This document shows, in pieces, positions 1 through 13,665 of a stretch of DNA of 64,000 bases; within the stretch, counting starts at the first letter, position 1, and each line of letters opens with the position of its first letter. A program made the translations under genes and the position numbers. Origin of the DNA: the human T2T-CHM13v2.0 reference genome, Homo sapiens; assembly GCF_009914755.1 (NCBI RefSeq), contig NC_060935.1; one strand, given 5' to 3'. The notes beneath the pieces are model-generated. The model did not search any database. It saw nothing but the letters and a program-made list of their open reading frames with translations, and was not told the origin of the DNA.

Positions 1-796
1 AAGGTACAGGGAATTAGAGCACAAAGAAAAATAAGCGCTTCAACAAAAGAGACTAGATAGGACAGAATACGGATAAGAATACAAGGTAACAAATGCCAAA
101 TAACCAGTGAGGACTTTGTAAAGTAACACGAAAGTTTTTATGTGTTCACCTACTCTCAAATGCACTTTTTTGTCAACTTGCACCAATCTCCAGAAAAAAA
201 GAAAAGAAAATTCTACTCATTAATTATAACTTTTCTCAATCACTTGTTACCTGCCAAATTTAGAAAGCCAATGAATACAACAGAAAAAGTCATGAACTGT
301 TTATACATTCTTGTTGTTTGTTCATGCTTTACGTTTTTGACTTTTTTTCCAGAAACATATATATTCCATCACTCATTTATTCAACAAATTTGTACTGAGC
401 ACCCACCTACGTGCCAGACATTATTCTAGGTCCTGGAGATGATAAAGTTCTAACCCTCATAGAGCATACTTTCTAGTGGCAAAACGAAGACTATATTTTT
501 TATTGCACACACATAACACAATCTTATTTTCTGCTAGTAACACTGTTCCTAATACACCTTGACCTCTGCAAGGAGAATGTTCAGGAAAAAAAAAAAGAAA
601 AAACCCAGAAAGAAACTTTCACATGCCTGTACTCAAAATATTTGAGAATTATTGACCTAAGAAAATCTTCCCTCATTGTTTTCACTCATTCATTTCATTG
701 AGTACCTAGTAAAGTACCAGGCACAGTGGTAAAAATAAGACAAGTAAAATAATTCCAGAAGTCAGTCAGTTTATAATACGGAGGAAAAGACAAATA

Positions 797-797
<1 letters not shown>

Positions 798-831
<34 letters not shown>
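798..831. repeat. (CA)17 microsatellite
   Basis: Perfect dinucleotide run. Confidence 0.97.
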
Positions 832-832
<1 letters not shown>

Positions 833-3481
833 CTTATAAGGGAAACATAAGCAAACTGCTTTGTTAGAACTTTACAGGACAGAGGGATCACATTGAATTA
901 AAGGGAACTGAAGAAAACGCTCTAAGGAAAGTAGTACTGATGCTGACTAGGCTTTTATCTCAAGGAAAAGGGAAAGGGTAGCAGGTAGGGTAGCAATAAG
1001 CAAATATATAGAGAAGAAAAAAATGCAGAATATACTAGAAGAATACAAATTTAGTCTTTGGTTGAAACAGGATACAAGCAACGGAATAATGAAAGATAAA
1101 GCTGGAATCTTAATTTGGGCCCAAGTTACAAAACACTTTGAATTTCAAACCAAAGAACCTGAACTTAACTTGGCAGGCAACAGAAAGGAATTGAAGAATT
1201 GTGTGTTGGGAGGTCACACAATTTCTGTAAAGTGCTGTGGGTGGTTAGATGCTAGAAAACAAAGACTTGAGAAAACGGGTGGGTGATATGAAAATGAGGA
1301 TAAAACATTTCAATTACTCAAGAAGTCTGGTGGAAAAGGAGAAAACCTCTCTTGACGTTATTATTGGGGAGACTCTTCAACAGATTTGTAGGTAGTAGCT
1401 AAAAGTAGAGTCTAGAACGAAAGGGACTGAAGATTCAAGAAAAAGATAAAACCATGGTACAGGATCCAAGAGATGGAAAGGAATGATAATATCATAGTGT
1501 CTCTTCTACTTGTGATCTTGAAACAAAGAAACTCTGAGTAGGTCATTTTGCCTTAATCTCGGTAAAAAGAGAATGTCCTGGAAGTTATAATATAATGCGG
1601 GGGTGTGCAGGGGGACACACCTAGTAAGTTCTACTGAAAAGAAAAAAAGAATTTAACAGAAATGAGAATGGAAAATAAAAACAGCATAAGCAATGCCAAT
1701 TCTCAGAGAAGCTGCTGAATGACAGTGTTAAACCAACTTCAACTTTATACTTTATGTTTACTCTCCCTGAAATGACTGCTTCCCTTCCAGATTTTCTTAT
1801 CCAAACATACCCAGCTTTCAAGATCGCACATGAGCCCTACTTCCTAGAATTCTCAAGATGGAAAAAGATTCATAGGTAATTCAGTGAACATGTCCACCTA
1901 ATTCAGAAATTAGTTTTGCCCTAGATCCCTGAACATTTTCAGCCATGGAAAGAAAGCACTCACTCTCATGAAGCTGCCAATTCCAGTCCTCCAAAGGGCT
2001 CACTATTATAAGGTTCTTTTTAATACTATGCTGAAGCCTGATCACTTAGAGCTCTACCATTATTCCTAATTGTATGTAGCTTCTACAGCTGAAGGGAACA
2101 AGCTGTCTCTTTCCAAAACAATCCTTCTGTATTTGAAAAGCATTATCAGGTCTTCTAAAAATTTAACATTCCCAGTTTCTTCATCACTCCTGACATGACA
2201 TTTTCCAACCCTCTGTTCCAGTCAACCTTCTACAGAGGCACTGTAGTTTGCCTAAAAATGAGGTGCCTAGAACTGAGCATAATACTCCTTAAGTAGTTAG
2301 ATGAGCCCAGAATAGAGTAGAAACACTAACTTCCTGGATCTAGACACTAAGTTTCTATATTACAACCTAAAAACAGTATTAGTTGTGTTTAAGTGGCCAT
2401 GTTACACATTGATTCAACAGAGCAAGTGGTCAACTAAAACCCAAAGAAATTGTTTACATAAATAAAATCTTCTTAGCCAGTAGCTACATACAGTAGAACT
2501 GAGCTCAAATTGAAAGCTGCTATTAATCAAATGCAACAATGGATATAAAAAGTACCTAGAAATGTACAAACAGTATAAAGAGGAACAGCAGAATGCTGAT
2601 AATTGTTCAAGTTGCGTTAAGTGTACATGAGGGTTCAATTTATTATCCTACTTTTGTCTGCGTTTGAAATTTTCCACAATAAAATTTAAAAAATATATAC
2701 ATAATATTGTACAAGCCTTCAACAGCTCTATTTCTTGAAAATCTGTTATCTCCTCCCTGCTTCTTTTTCCAGCCTTATTTCCCATCTTAACCTCTCTATT
2801 CTCCAACTACATTGGACTCGACTCTTTTTTTCTTTTTCATTCCATAAACTTGCTGTGCCTCCATGGTTTAATATATGATGTTTATGGAATCTTCCCCCAT
2901 TTACCAAAACCCTACCTTTCTGCAAAGCTGAGTTTAAATGTTACTTCTGTGAAGGCACTCTACCAAAAACTAAGAACATAGAAGTTGGCGACAAATGCTT
3001 AACCAAAGTAAATGAAACAACTTTTGGGAGACTGGCTTGCCCAAGGATCACAGAGTTCATAAATGGTAGAGCTGAGATTAGAATACGCGTCTCCTGAATC
3101 CAAATCTCATCTTTCCATTATCGTAAAATAGTTCAGTGTTTGTTGCTCACACATCAAATGCAAACATGTTTCTCTTTTGCCCCAGTAGGTGCGTGGAGGA
3201 AGAGGAGAAAGAAGTAAGAAAGATAGCAAAAATTGAAGAAATGAGAAGGGGAAGTTGCAGACTGCCTCATTTTCACAATGGGATCTTTCTATCCAAGAAG
3301 AAATGATCAGAAAACAACTCTCTGCCTCAGACAAATGGCGACTGACTCATTTATACATTCATTCATTCAACATTCTGAGTGCCTACTATGTTCCAGGACC
3401 TGAACACACCGCTAGAGACACAGGGATGAACAAAACACAATCCCTACCCACAAAAAGCTCCTTGCCTAGTGGAACTACTAC

Positions 3482-3740
3482 CTTTTTAACAGCAGTAACT
3501 TTAATATCTTGAGATTTCTTGAGAGGAGACCCAGTAACCAATTTTCAAAGCCAGGCTCACAGACCAGCAGCCCGGAGGTCCCAGCCCAGCTCCACCACAT
3601 CCAGGGCAGTACCTCGCAGCTCTCAGTAGATCGGATCTTGTCTCCCGGCTTAGCGCCGGGGAACTCACCGCGCACTAAGAGCGGAACGTGAACTTCAGTC
3701 TCCCCTCGCGTTCCTCCCCTTCCTTGCTGACGTCATCCAG
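3482..3740 (-). other. HPS5: HPS5 non-coding first exon, with two candidate donors (exon ending at 3669, GCG|GTGAGT; or at 3482, AAG|GTAGTA); 1-3481 is intron 1
   Basis: Minus-strand donor motifs at the left edge of the CpG island. Identity rests on recalled head-to-head HPS5/GTF2H1 arrangement; no HPS5 coding sequence seen in the window. Confidence 0.7.
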
Positions 3741-4460
3741 GAGAGCCGCAGACTGGAAACAACGCTACTAACGGCACTTCCTCATCACGTGACGAGTCAC
3801 GCCCCTCCTTCCGCGTGGTCCCTCCCCCTCAGGCCGCGGTCGCGATTACGCTCTCTACGGCCTGCGACCGCAGGGCCGTTGCGGGCTGGAGACACGGCGC
3901 CGACTGGAACCGGAGGAGCTCTAGGCCAAATGGTTGGGCCAGCCAGGATCCCAGGACCCTTCGCCGCTCGAGACCGGAGAGAGGAAACGAAACAGGCGGG
4001 AACCCGTGGGGGAGGGAGGGAACTAGCGGAAGGTGTCATGGCGGCCGCGCTCTTGAGTCACGTGCCCAGGGCCCGCCTTGCTACTTCCGGTCACGTGCCC
4101 TCAGACTCCTCGCAGCCAGCGATGGAGGCGAGACCCCCTAGTAACAGAGGCGGTGGCTACTGCTGCGGCCACTGGGTTTCGGCCTCTTCCCAGCAGCGGC
4201 TCTAAGAAGCGCAGCGGAACTCGACCGGATCCAACCCAGTTAGTTACTTCCTGTCTAGAGTTGTAGCTTCCACCTGGTAAGTTTAGACCGAAGAATGCAG
4301 GCGGGCGGGTGGGTGGGCGGGTGAGGAGCTGACAGGCCTGGGGGCCGCTGGACGGCGTGGATTCTACCCCTGTTCCCAGCGTCGCTGTCGCCGTCCTCCC
4401 AACGCCCAAGCCTGGCGTCTTGTTTGCCCTTATCCCGAGGCGAGGAAGAGGCGACCCCTA
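3560..4460. promoter_or_regulatory. CpG island / bidirectional promoter of HPS5 and GTF2H1
   Basis: High GC and CpG density; CRE TGACGTCA 3728-3735; TCACGTGA 3785-3792; GTCACGTG 4057 and 4090; ETS ACTTCCGG 4083-4090; YY1-like ATGGCGGC 4038-4045; no TATA box seen. Confidence 0.9.
4100..4276 (+). other. GTF2H1: GTF2H1 exon 1 (5'UTR); start approximate
   Basis: Consensus donor CTG|GTAAGT at 4276/4277 inside the CpG island, upstream of the ATG-bearing exon. Confidence 0.85.
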
Positions 4461-4839
4461 ATCTACTTGTCTAAAGGAAACCTGCTCTTAAATTGAGAGC
4501 AGGTTTACCCAAAGCCAGGATCAGATTTGGCTTATGAGAATGAAGTGGAGGCCTCTCCCAGACAGAGAAGCCCTTCCCGTCAGGAAATGTGCTGTTGAGT
4601 CTGGGATTCTGTAAGAGAAAAGCTGTCACCTTGTTGTCTGCACACCTTTTGCTTCCACCTGTCAATCTTACCTCTCTTAAAAACCTTAACACGTGCCAGT
4701 CCACACACTCCTAGTTTTGGTCATTTGATTGTCGTGTAATGATGAAAAATAGACCATGAGTACCTGGATATATGTAATTATTTTGTAAATCCCCCAGTGT
4801 TCTCAAAGGCCAAATTAAATAAGGAGGTGACTTTTCTTA

Positions 4840-4988
4840 TTTTTTTTTAAGAGACAGAGTCTTGTTCTGTCGTCCTGGCTGGAATGCAGTGGCGTGATAA
4901 TAGCTCACTGTAACCTCGAATTCCTGGGCTCAAGCGATTCTCCTGCCTAGACCTCCCAAAGCGCCAGAATTATGCTACAGTGCCTGGC
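4840..4988 (-). mobile_element. Alu monomer (FRAM/AluJ-like)
   Basis: Poly-T followed by diverged Alu reverse complement. Confidence 0.8.
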
Positions 4989-5457
4989 CCCAAATGACTC
5001 CTAAACTCCAATTTTAGCATCAGTAAAATGGGGATGGGGAAAGAAGATATGAAAAATACACCCTTTGTCCATTTGAAGACCCAGTCTTAAAAACAAAAAC
5101 AAAAAAAAAACTGAGTGGTTTGAATGAAATGTGCTTTGCAGTGAGTATTGACTCCATACAAACCAATATCCAGACTTGTGATTTTCAAACATTTTAAAGG
5201 AGTGGAACAATTTCTCCCCATGAATTTTTATCTGGAACCCAATATATAAAGCAGCATGCTCTGGTGGAACTAAATTTAAAAGGGCCAGGCCCCACCACCC
5301 CACTTAACTTCTATCCTAGAGGCCACTCCTTGGAACACAGTTTGAAAACCACTGAACTGGACTTAGGTAATTAAGCCAAAGTTGCCAACCTTAAGATTTT
5401 TTAAAAGACAAAACCAGAGCAGTTGAGATGGAGAGGTCACAACCGCAGGGAAGGTAA

Positions 5458-5833
<376 letters not shown>

Positions 5834-7774
5834 TAAGTTTGAGTCTCTCTTAGGTGATATAAAATACACATTGCAGTACAAATGTGAAAAAAAATCAAAG
5901 CAAATTCAGAGAGGGCTTTTGAAAAATACTAGGAAACTTGGTGCAGTGTGGGAGAAGAATCAGTTAAAAGTAGTGAAGCCAGCGACCAGCACCAGTCCTG
6001 GGTTGTGAATGCTTCCTGTGTGTACTGCCCTCAAGGCTTGTAACTTCTCCCTGCTGGTACCATGTGTCCTGCCCTCTGATAACCTGCTTCTCTGTGCTAT
6101 TTTATTCCCTACCATCAGAATGTTGTCTGGCATACCTTGAGCTTTCCTAGCATTTTGGCCACCATTTATCTCTGCCTTATGCATACTGCTGATAGAGATG
6201 TCTTTGTGCCCTTCCTTTCTCTTTCCTGCCTTCAGTGTGGCAGTATCAGCCATTGACCTAGTAGTTCCTCTTTTCACCACTTTGATTACCAACTGATTAC
6301 TCTTCTCTCAATTTTGGTAATATACTCTTGTCAGCATGCAGTATTTATTAATGGATATGAGCATATTTTCTTCTGTCATGCATCTCTGTCGCATTTTCCT
6401 CCTGCCTCTTCCCTGCACTGCTGTAAAATGTACAAGTGCTCAGTCCTAAAATTGCCACATCAGTTATTCTCCTTAATATCTTCCTTGTCTGTGAAATTAT
6501 CCTTAAAACAGTACATTTTGGTCACTCTTTACATACTTATAAAGTTATTCCCTTTAATGCTGAATTGTTCAAACACTTTTGGATTGCTTGATGGCAAGCA
6601 GCATTCCAAATCTCCATTTTTGTATGCTGGCAGATATAACAGTGCTCTCTAGTAATCCTTCTTTCAGAAGATTTCTCTTTCACTTGTTGCTCCCTATCTC
6701 CTCTCCTCCATTTATCTCTTGCACATTGGAAAAGGGGATGTAGGTAATGGAAATGCAGAGGTGCAGTAATGTAAAGATTTGTATTCAACCAGTTCATATT
6801 CTTCCTTATCACTGTTGCCTTTTAAGAGCAAGATCCAGTTATTAGAATCTGTATGAGAAATGGTACATTGATCTGTGAATTGAAAACTATAGTGGTTCCC
6901 GGAGTTTAGGCAAAGATGTATATGCAAAGATTCCTTATTATGTCTTAGCAAGAGATTGTATTCTTTTAACAGCAAGATCTTAAATGATGTCATTGATACT
7001 TCTTGGACTCTTCTTATAGGCCAAACACTATATTACTGGGTGCTATATTACAGAGAACCCGACATATATGGCCTCTGCCCTCCCTTATGAAGCTTGCAAT
7101 CTGTCAGGAGACGTGTACATTAAAAGAATCACATTAAAAATTATGTTGTTGTAAGTGCCATGAAGAAAATAATAGGAGACTTTAGCTGGTAACTTTGAAG
7201 CTTAACATAGACTGAAAAAAAAAATGAGTGAAAGTTAGCCAGTTGATGGGAAAGGAAGAGAATGTACAAAGGCTCAGAGCAAGGTATATGAATTTAGATT
7301 CGGACAAATACATTTTTAACTGCAAATAAATTAATGCCTTTAATATAGATCTTGCTATTTAAGGAAGTCTTAGACCATTTCATAAGTAAATAGTCTTTTA
7401 GTAAAGCGAGATCTTCATTGACCTGATCTGTTTAAATGTAGCCTACACCAATAACTTTCATAAATTTCTATGGCTCTTATAGAGTTCTCCTGGGAAGAAG
7501 TGTTTGCCACTCAAGGAATACACTCAAGAAAAACCTGGAAATCACAGAAGGCATTGTAAGATAGCTACAGTGATTCTGTTAAACCTCCTGAAATTGGTCC
7601 TTGAACAATTAAGAGGTGCTACAGATGACCAGGAAAATTTACCAGGCAAATTAGCTGTGAGACAATTGACCATTTGTGCCCAATGTTCGGTAATTTATCT
7701 CAGATTTATTTTTTAAATTTCCCCATAAATGAATTTTGATATAAATGGTTTTATATGTTATATATAAGAGGTTA

Positions 7775-8165
<391 letters not shown>

Positions 8166-8929
8166 TCATAAAGGTCTTTGTATTATTTTCCAATACTAAC
8201 ACTTTATTTGTGCCTGTAAGTCCAGTTAATTGGAGACTTGCTCTATCAGCTGTCCTTGCTCACTGCTTTTCTTCCAACTGCTGACATACTTAAAATTATC
8301 CTACTTAAGTAGGATAATGAAGTATCAACATACTTAAAATTATTTGCCAACTTCCCCGTCAGATCCTCCCCTCATCTTTCTTAGATTTTAATTCATTTTT
8401 CTTAAAACATATGTTTCCTAATTTGTATGGTTTGCAGTCCAGTTTCATATTCTACAGAGTGGGCTTTTTAAAATATGTTCTCTAACTCCCAACCTCAAGT
8501 GATCCACCTGCCTCAAAACCTCATCTCTACTAAAAAAAAAATAGAAAAATTAGCTGGGCGTGGTGGCAGATGCCTATAATCCCAGCTACTTGGGAGGTTC
8601 TGGCAGAAGAATTGCATAGTTATATGTTTATTGTAAAGAATACTAGAAAATGAATGTTAAAATAAACTATTGAAAATAGAAAACACTGTTTTCAAATTCT
8701 CACACTAGCACCCCTAACACTTTCCTGGGTTACCTTTATAAACATTTGGTTTGATAGAGAAGAAACTCTTGGGAAGACTTTTTTTTTTAATAACTGCTCT
8801 AGTATAAAATACATAATTATTATAGATCAGAAAAGAGAACATTTAAATCATCTGTATTTTTATCACCCATAGATAATCATTATTAAATTTGGTATCTATC
8901 CCTTCATTCGCATATATTTTCAGAGTAAC

Positions 8930-9150
8930 ATAGTGAAATTTCAAAGACAGACTGACCCAGATTCAAACCCAGTTCTGCTACTTCCCTGATGGTTTAAGAA
9001 AGCCTCTTGATTTCTCAGACCCAGTTTCCTTATCTACAAAATGTAACTAATAATAGAACCTACCTCATGGGATTATTAACTGGGGACTGAGATAATGCCT
9101 ATAAGAAACTTAGTGCAGAACCTGACACATTATTAAGCATTCAGCAAATT
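8930..9150. mobile_element. MIR fragment
   Basis: Core 'cagtttccttatctacaaaatg...taataatagaacctacctcatgggattatt'. Confidence 0.75.
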
Positions 9151-9164
9151 CTAGATGATGGAGA

Positions 9165-9425
9165 ATACTCTGTCACCCAGACTGGAGTGCAGTGGTATCA
9201 TCACGGCTCCATCTCCCTGGACTCAGGTAATCCTCTCATTTCAGCCTCCCGACTTGCTGGGACTACAGATGTGTACCACCAGGCCCAGCTAATTTTTATA
9301 GTTTTTGTAGGGACAGGGTTTTGCTATGTTGCACGGGCTGGTCGCAAACTCCTGGTCTCAGGCAGTCTGTCCGCCTCGGCTTCCTAAAGTGATGAGATTA
9401 TAGACGTGAGCCACCCTGCCCAGCC
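9165..9425 (-). mobile_element. AluJ-like element
   Basis: Diverged Alu reverse complement. Confidence 0.85.
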
Positions 9426-9463
9426 TAAATTTTAGATTTTTTTAAATTTAAGAATATGGGGCA

Positions 9464-10383
<920 letters not shown>

Positions 10384-11344
10384 TCAAACTACATGCCTTT
10401 TTTTTCTGTGTATCTTTTCATGTCATTAAATAGTCTTAAAACAGTTTTTTAAACTTCAAGAAGGGAAAACTCTCAAAGTCTTAAGACATCAAATAAGTCA
10501 GTTAAAAGGTGGTATCGTTTATTAAGAATTGTGATCCTTTATCATATTTGATATATGGATATCAAAATGGGATTGTAAGAAAACAAATTCTCAGTGGTGA
10601 GTAAAAATCACAAAATAATGGACTTGAATGTATTTTATGATTACATTTGTAAGGTGGGTACAGATAAGGTAAGCACAATTAAAAATGAGGAAAATTGATG
10701 TTAGGGTTGTGACATGGAATTTTTTAAATCCCTTTTTAATTAAAAGCAGTCATCTAATCGGGCTTTATTCCAGCGTTTGCAAATGCCTACATAATGCAGA
10801 CTATCTCCACCTGCATGACTCAGCAGTACCTCACATTCATCATGTCCGGAACTGAATTCCTTATCTTCACTTTCAAATCTGCTCTTCCTTCTCATTAATT
10901 TCTGAAAATGGTACCACTGTGCTCATGTCAGTAAGGCTCAGAAATGGGGTATGGGCAAGCAACCATGACGCTTCCTTCAGCACTTTAACAATGTCTGTTC
11001 ATTCTGCTGCTTCAGTGGTCCTCCTTGTCCCTTCCTCTCCAGTCTCTCCTGCTGCTCACAGATTAATTTCTAAAATACAAATCACTCCCCTATTCAAAAG
11101 TCTTCAGAAGTTTTCTGTTGTTTGCCACATGGGGTGGCCTTCTCCACTATATGCCTCCATCTTAACCATCCAACCTCATATCCTACTGATCTCATGAACC
11201 TTATGCTATATCCTAAGCAGATTACTCATTCCTAGAGAGTTTCAGTCCACTGCCCCAAACTATTTCCTTTGCCTCTGACACCTGTTTCCCTTTACTTTCT
11301 CTGTAGAAGTCGTCTCTTCAAGACCCAATTTATAACCAAACTAT

Positions 11345-11695
11345 GTATTAAACAGAATGAACTGATACATATACAACAATATGGTGGATTTCAAAAAACA
11401 TGTTAAGCAAAAAACTAGAGACAAAAGGAGTACATACTGTATGATTCCTTTCATATGAAATCCTAGAACAGATAAAAACTAATCTGTGGTGATAGAAATC
11501 AGAGTAGTTGCTAGAGGTTGGGGAAAAGAGATTGACCTGAAGGAAACATGAGGGAATGTTCAAGGGTGACTGAAATGTTCTGTCTCTCATTTTGGGTAAC
11601 TGTAAATGGGTGTGTACTATAGTCAAAACGCATCGAACAGAATGCCTAAGACCTATGTATTTGTTGGTTTGTTAATTATATCTTAGTTTTTTAAA
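11345..11695 (+). mobile_element. Old L1 (L1M-type) 3' end fragment
   Basis: 'tacatactgtatgattcc...aaaactaatctgtggtgatagaaatcag' typical of L1M 3'UTRs. Confidence 0.75.
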
Positions 11696-11803
11696 ATGGC
11701 TTTTTAAAAATTCTGTGGCAAACATTTCTCATGGCTTTCTGAGTGAAGAAACTGCCTCTTGAGTCCTAACTTGGAACATTTTTGTGTCCCTTTTGGGACT
11801 TCA

Positions 11804-12245
11804 TGTCGTGGGTAGCAACTGTCTGAAGCTGGTGGCACCAGTAATAAAAAGAATTCACCAAGACAGTTGTAGGTAAAGAAAGGCAGATTTGTTAGAGAAA
11901 GTAGGAAAATATGTTGCAAGAAAGCAACGTGCAGATTAGCAAGCGGAGAGCTGACTGCAAGGAGACAAAAGCTTCCAGGGGATTTTATAGGATTGTACTT
12001 TTGTTGAAGAGGGCTACATGAAGTACTGCTAACACCAAGGCTGCAGTGAGCTAACTTGCATTTTTCTATCCGCTGAGGTTCTGGTGATAAGTGGGGCACA
12101 GGAAGATTGTGAATTATTTGCACGGGAGGGCTATGTGTCCTGGACCATGAAGAAAGGCTGACTTGTAGCTTATCTGCTTTTTCTTTTTGCTTTTCCCTGC
12201 TCCCACCAGCCTGACTCCTTTTCCCTAATTAGGAGTCTACACACA
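11804..12245 (-). mobile_element. Solo ERV-type LTR (~440 bp; family not assigned)
   Basis: TG...CA termini, near 4-bp TSD (ttca/ttct), minus-strand TATA CCTATAAAA (~11983-11991) followed by degenerate polyA signal (~11888). Confidence 0.7.
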
Positions 12246-12584
12246 TTCTAATTAGTATACACTAACAAATAGCACACATATACACACTTGCTCACTGCCC
12301 TGGAAGATCTTTGAAAGCAGAAATCAACAGACGTTCATCTTTGGATAGTCCCCAGGCTCCTTGGCTCAGTACAGATTTGTTGGATAAATGTATTCACATT
12401 GACCTATTTCCTTTCTGTTCTCGGGATAGAATAGCCTGTAAAGACCTATAAAAGGGGTATCTGACTACTCATACTTGAGATAATCAACTTCAGAGAAAGT
12501 AAGGTTTCACTTTTTTCCCTGTATTTTTTATTTCTAACTCATTGTTTGAGCGAATAAGAAGTAATAATTGTTTTAATCCAGTGG

Positions 12585-13665
<1,081 letters not shown>

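Noticed and set aside
1023-1286. 87-aa ATG ORF, possible HPS5-related exon
   Set aside because: Wrong strand for HPS5, no recognisable domain, sits in purine-rich L2-like fossil sequence
3789-4409. Overlapping 80-138 aa ORFs on both strands in the CpG island
   Set aside because: Expected from GC-rich, stop-poor sequence and mostly non-ATG starts; only the ATG-initiated uORF part was kept
11704-12123. 139-aa minus-strand ORF
   Set aside because: Lies within the solo LTR; no gag/pol/env or other recognisable motif
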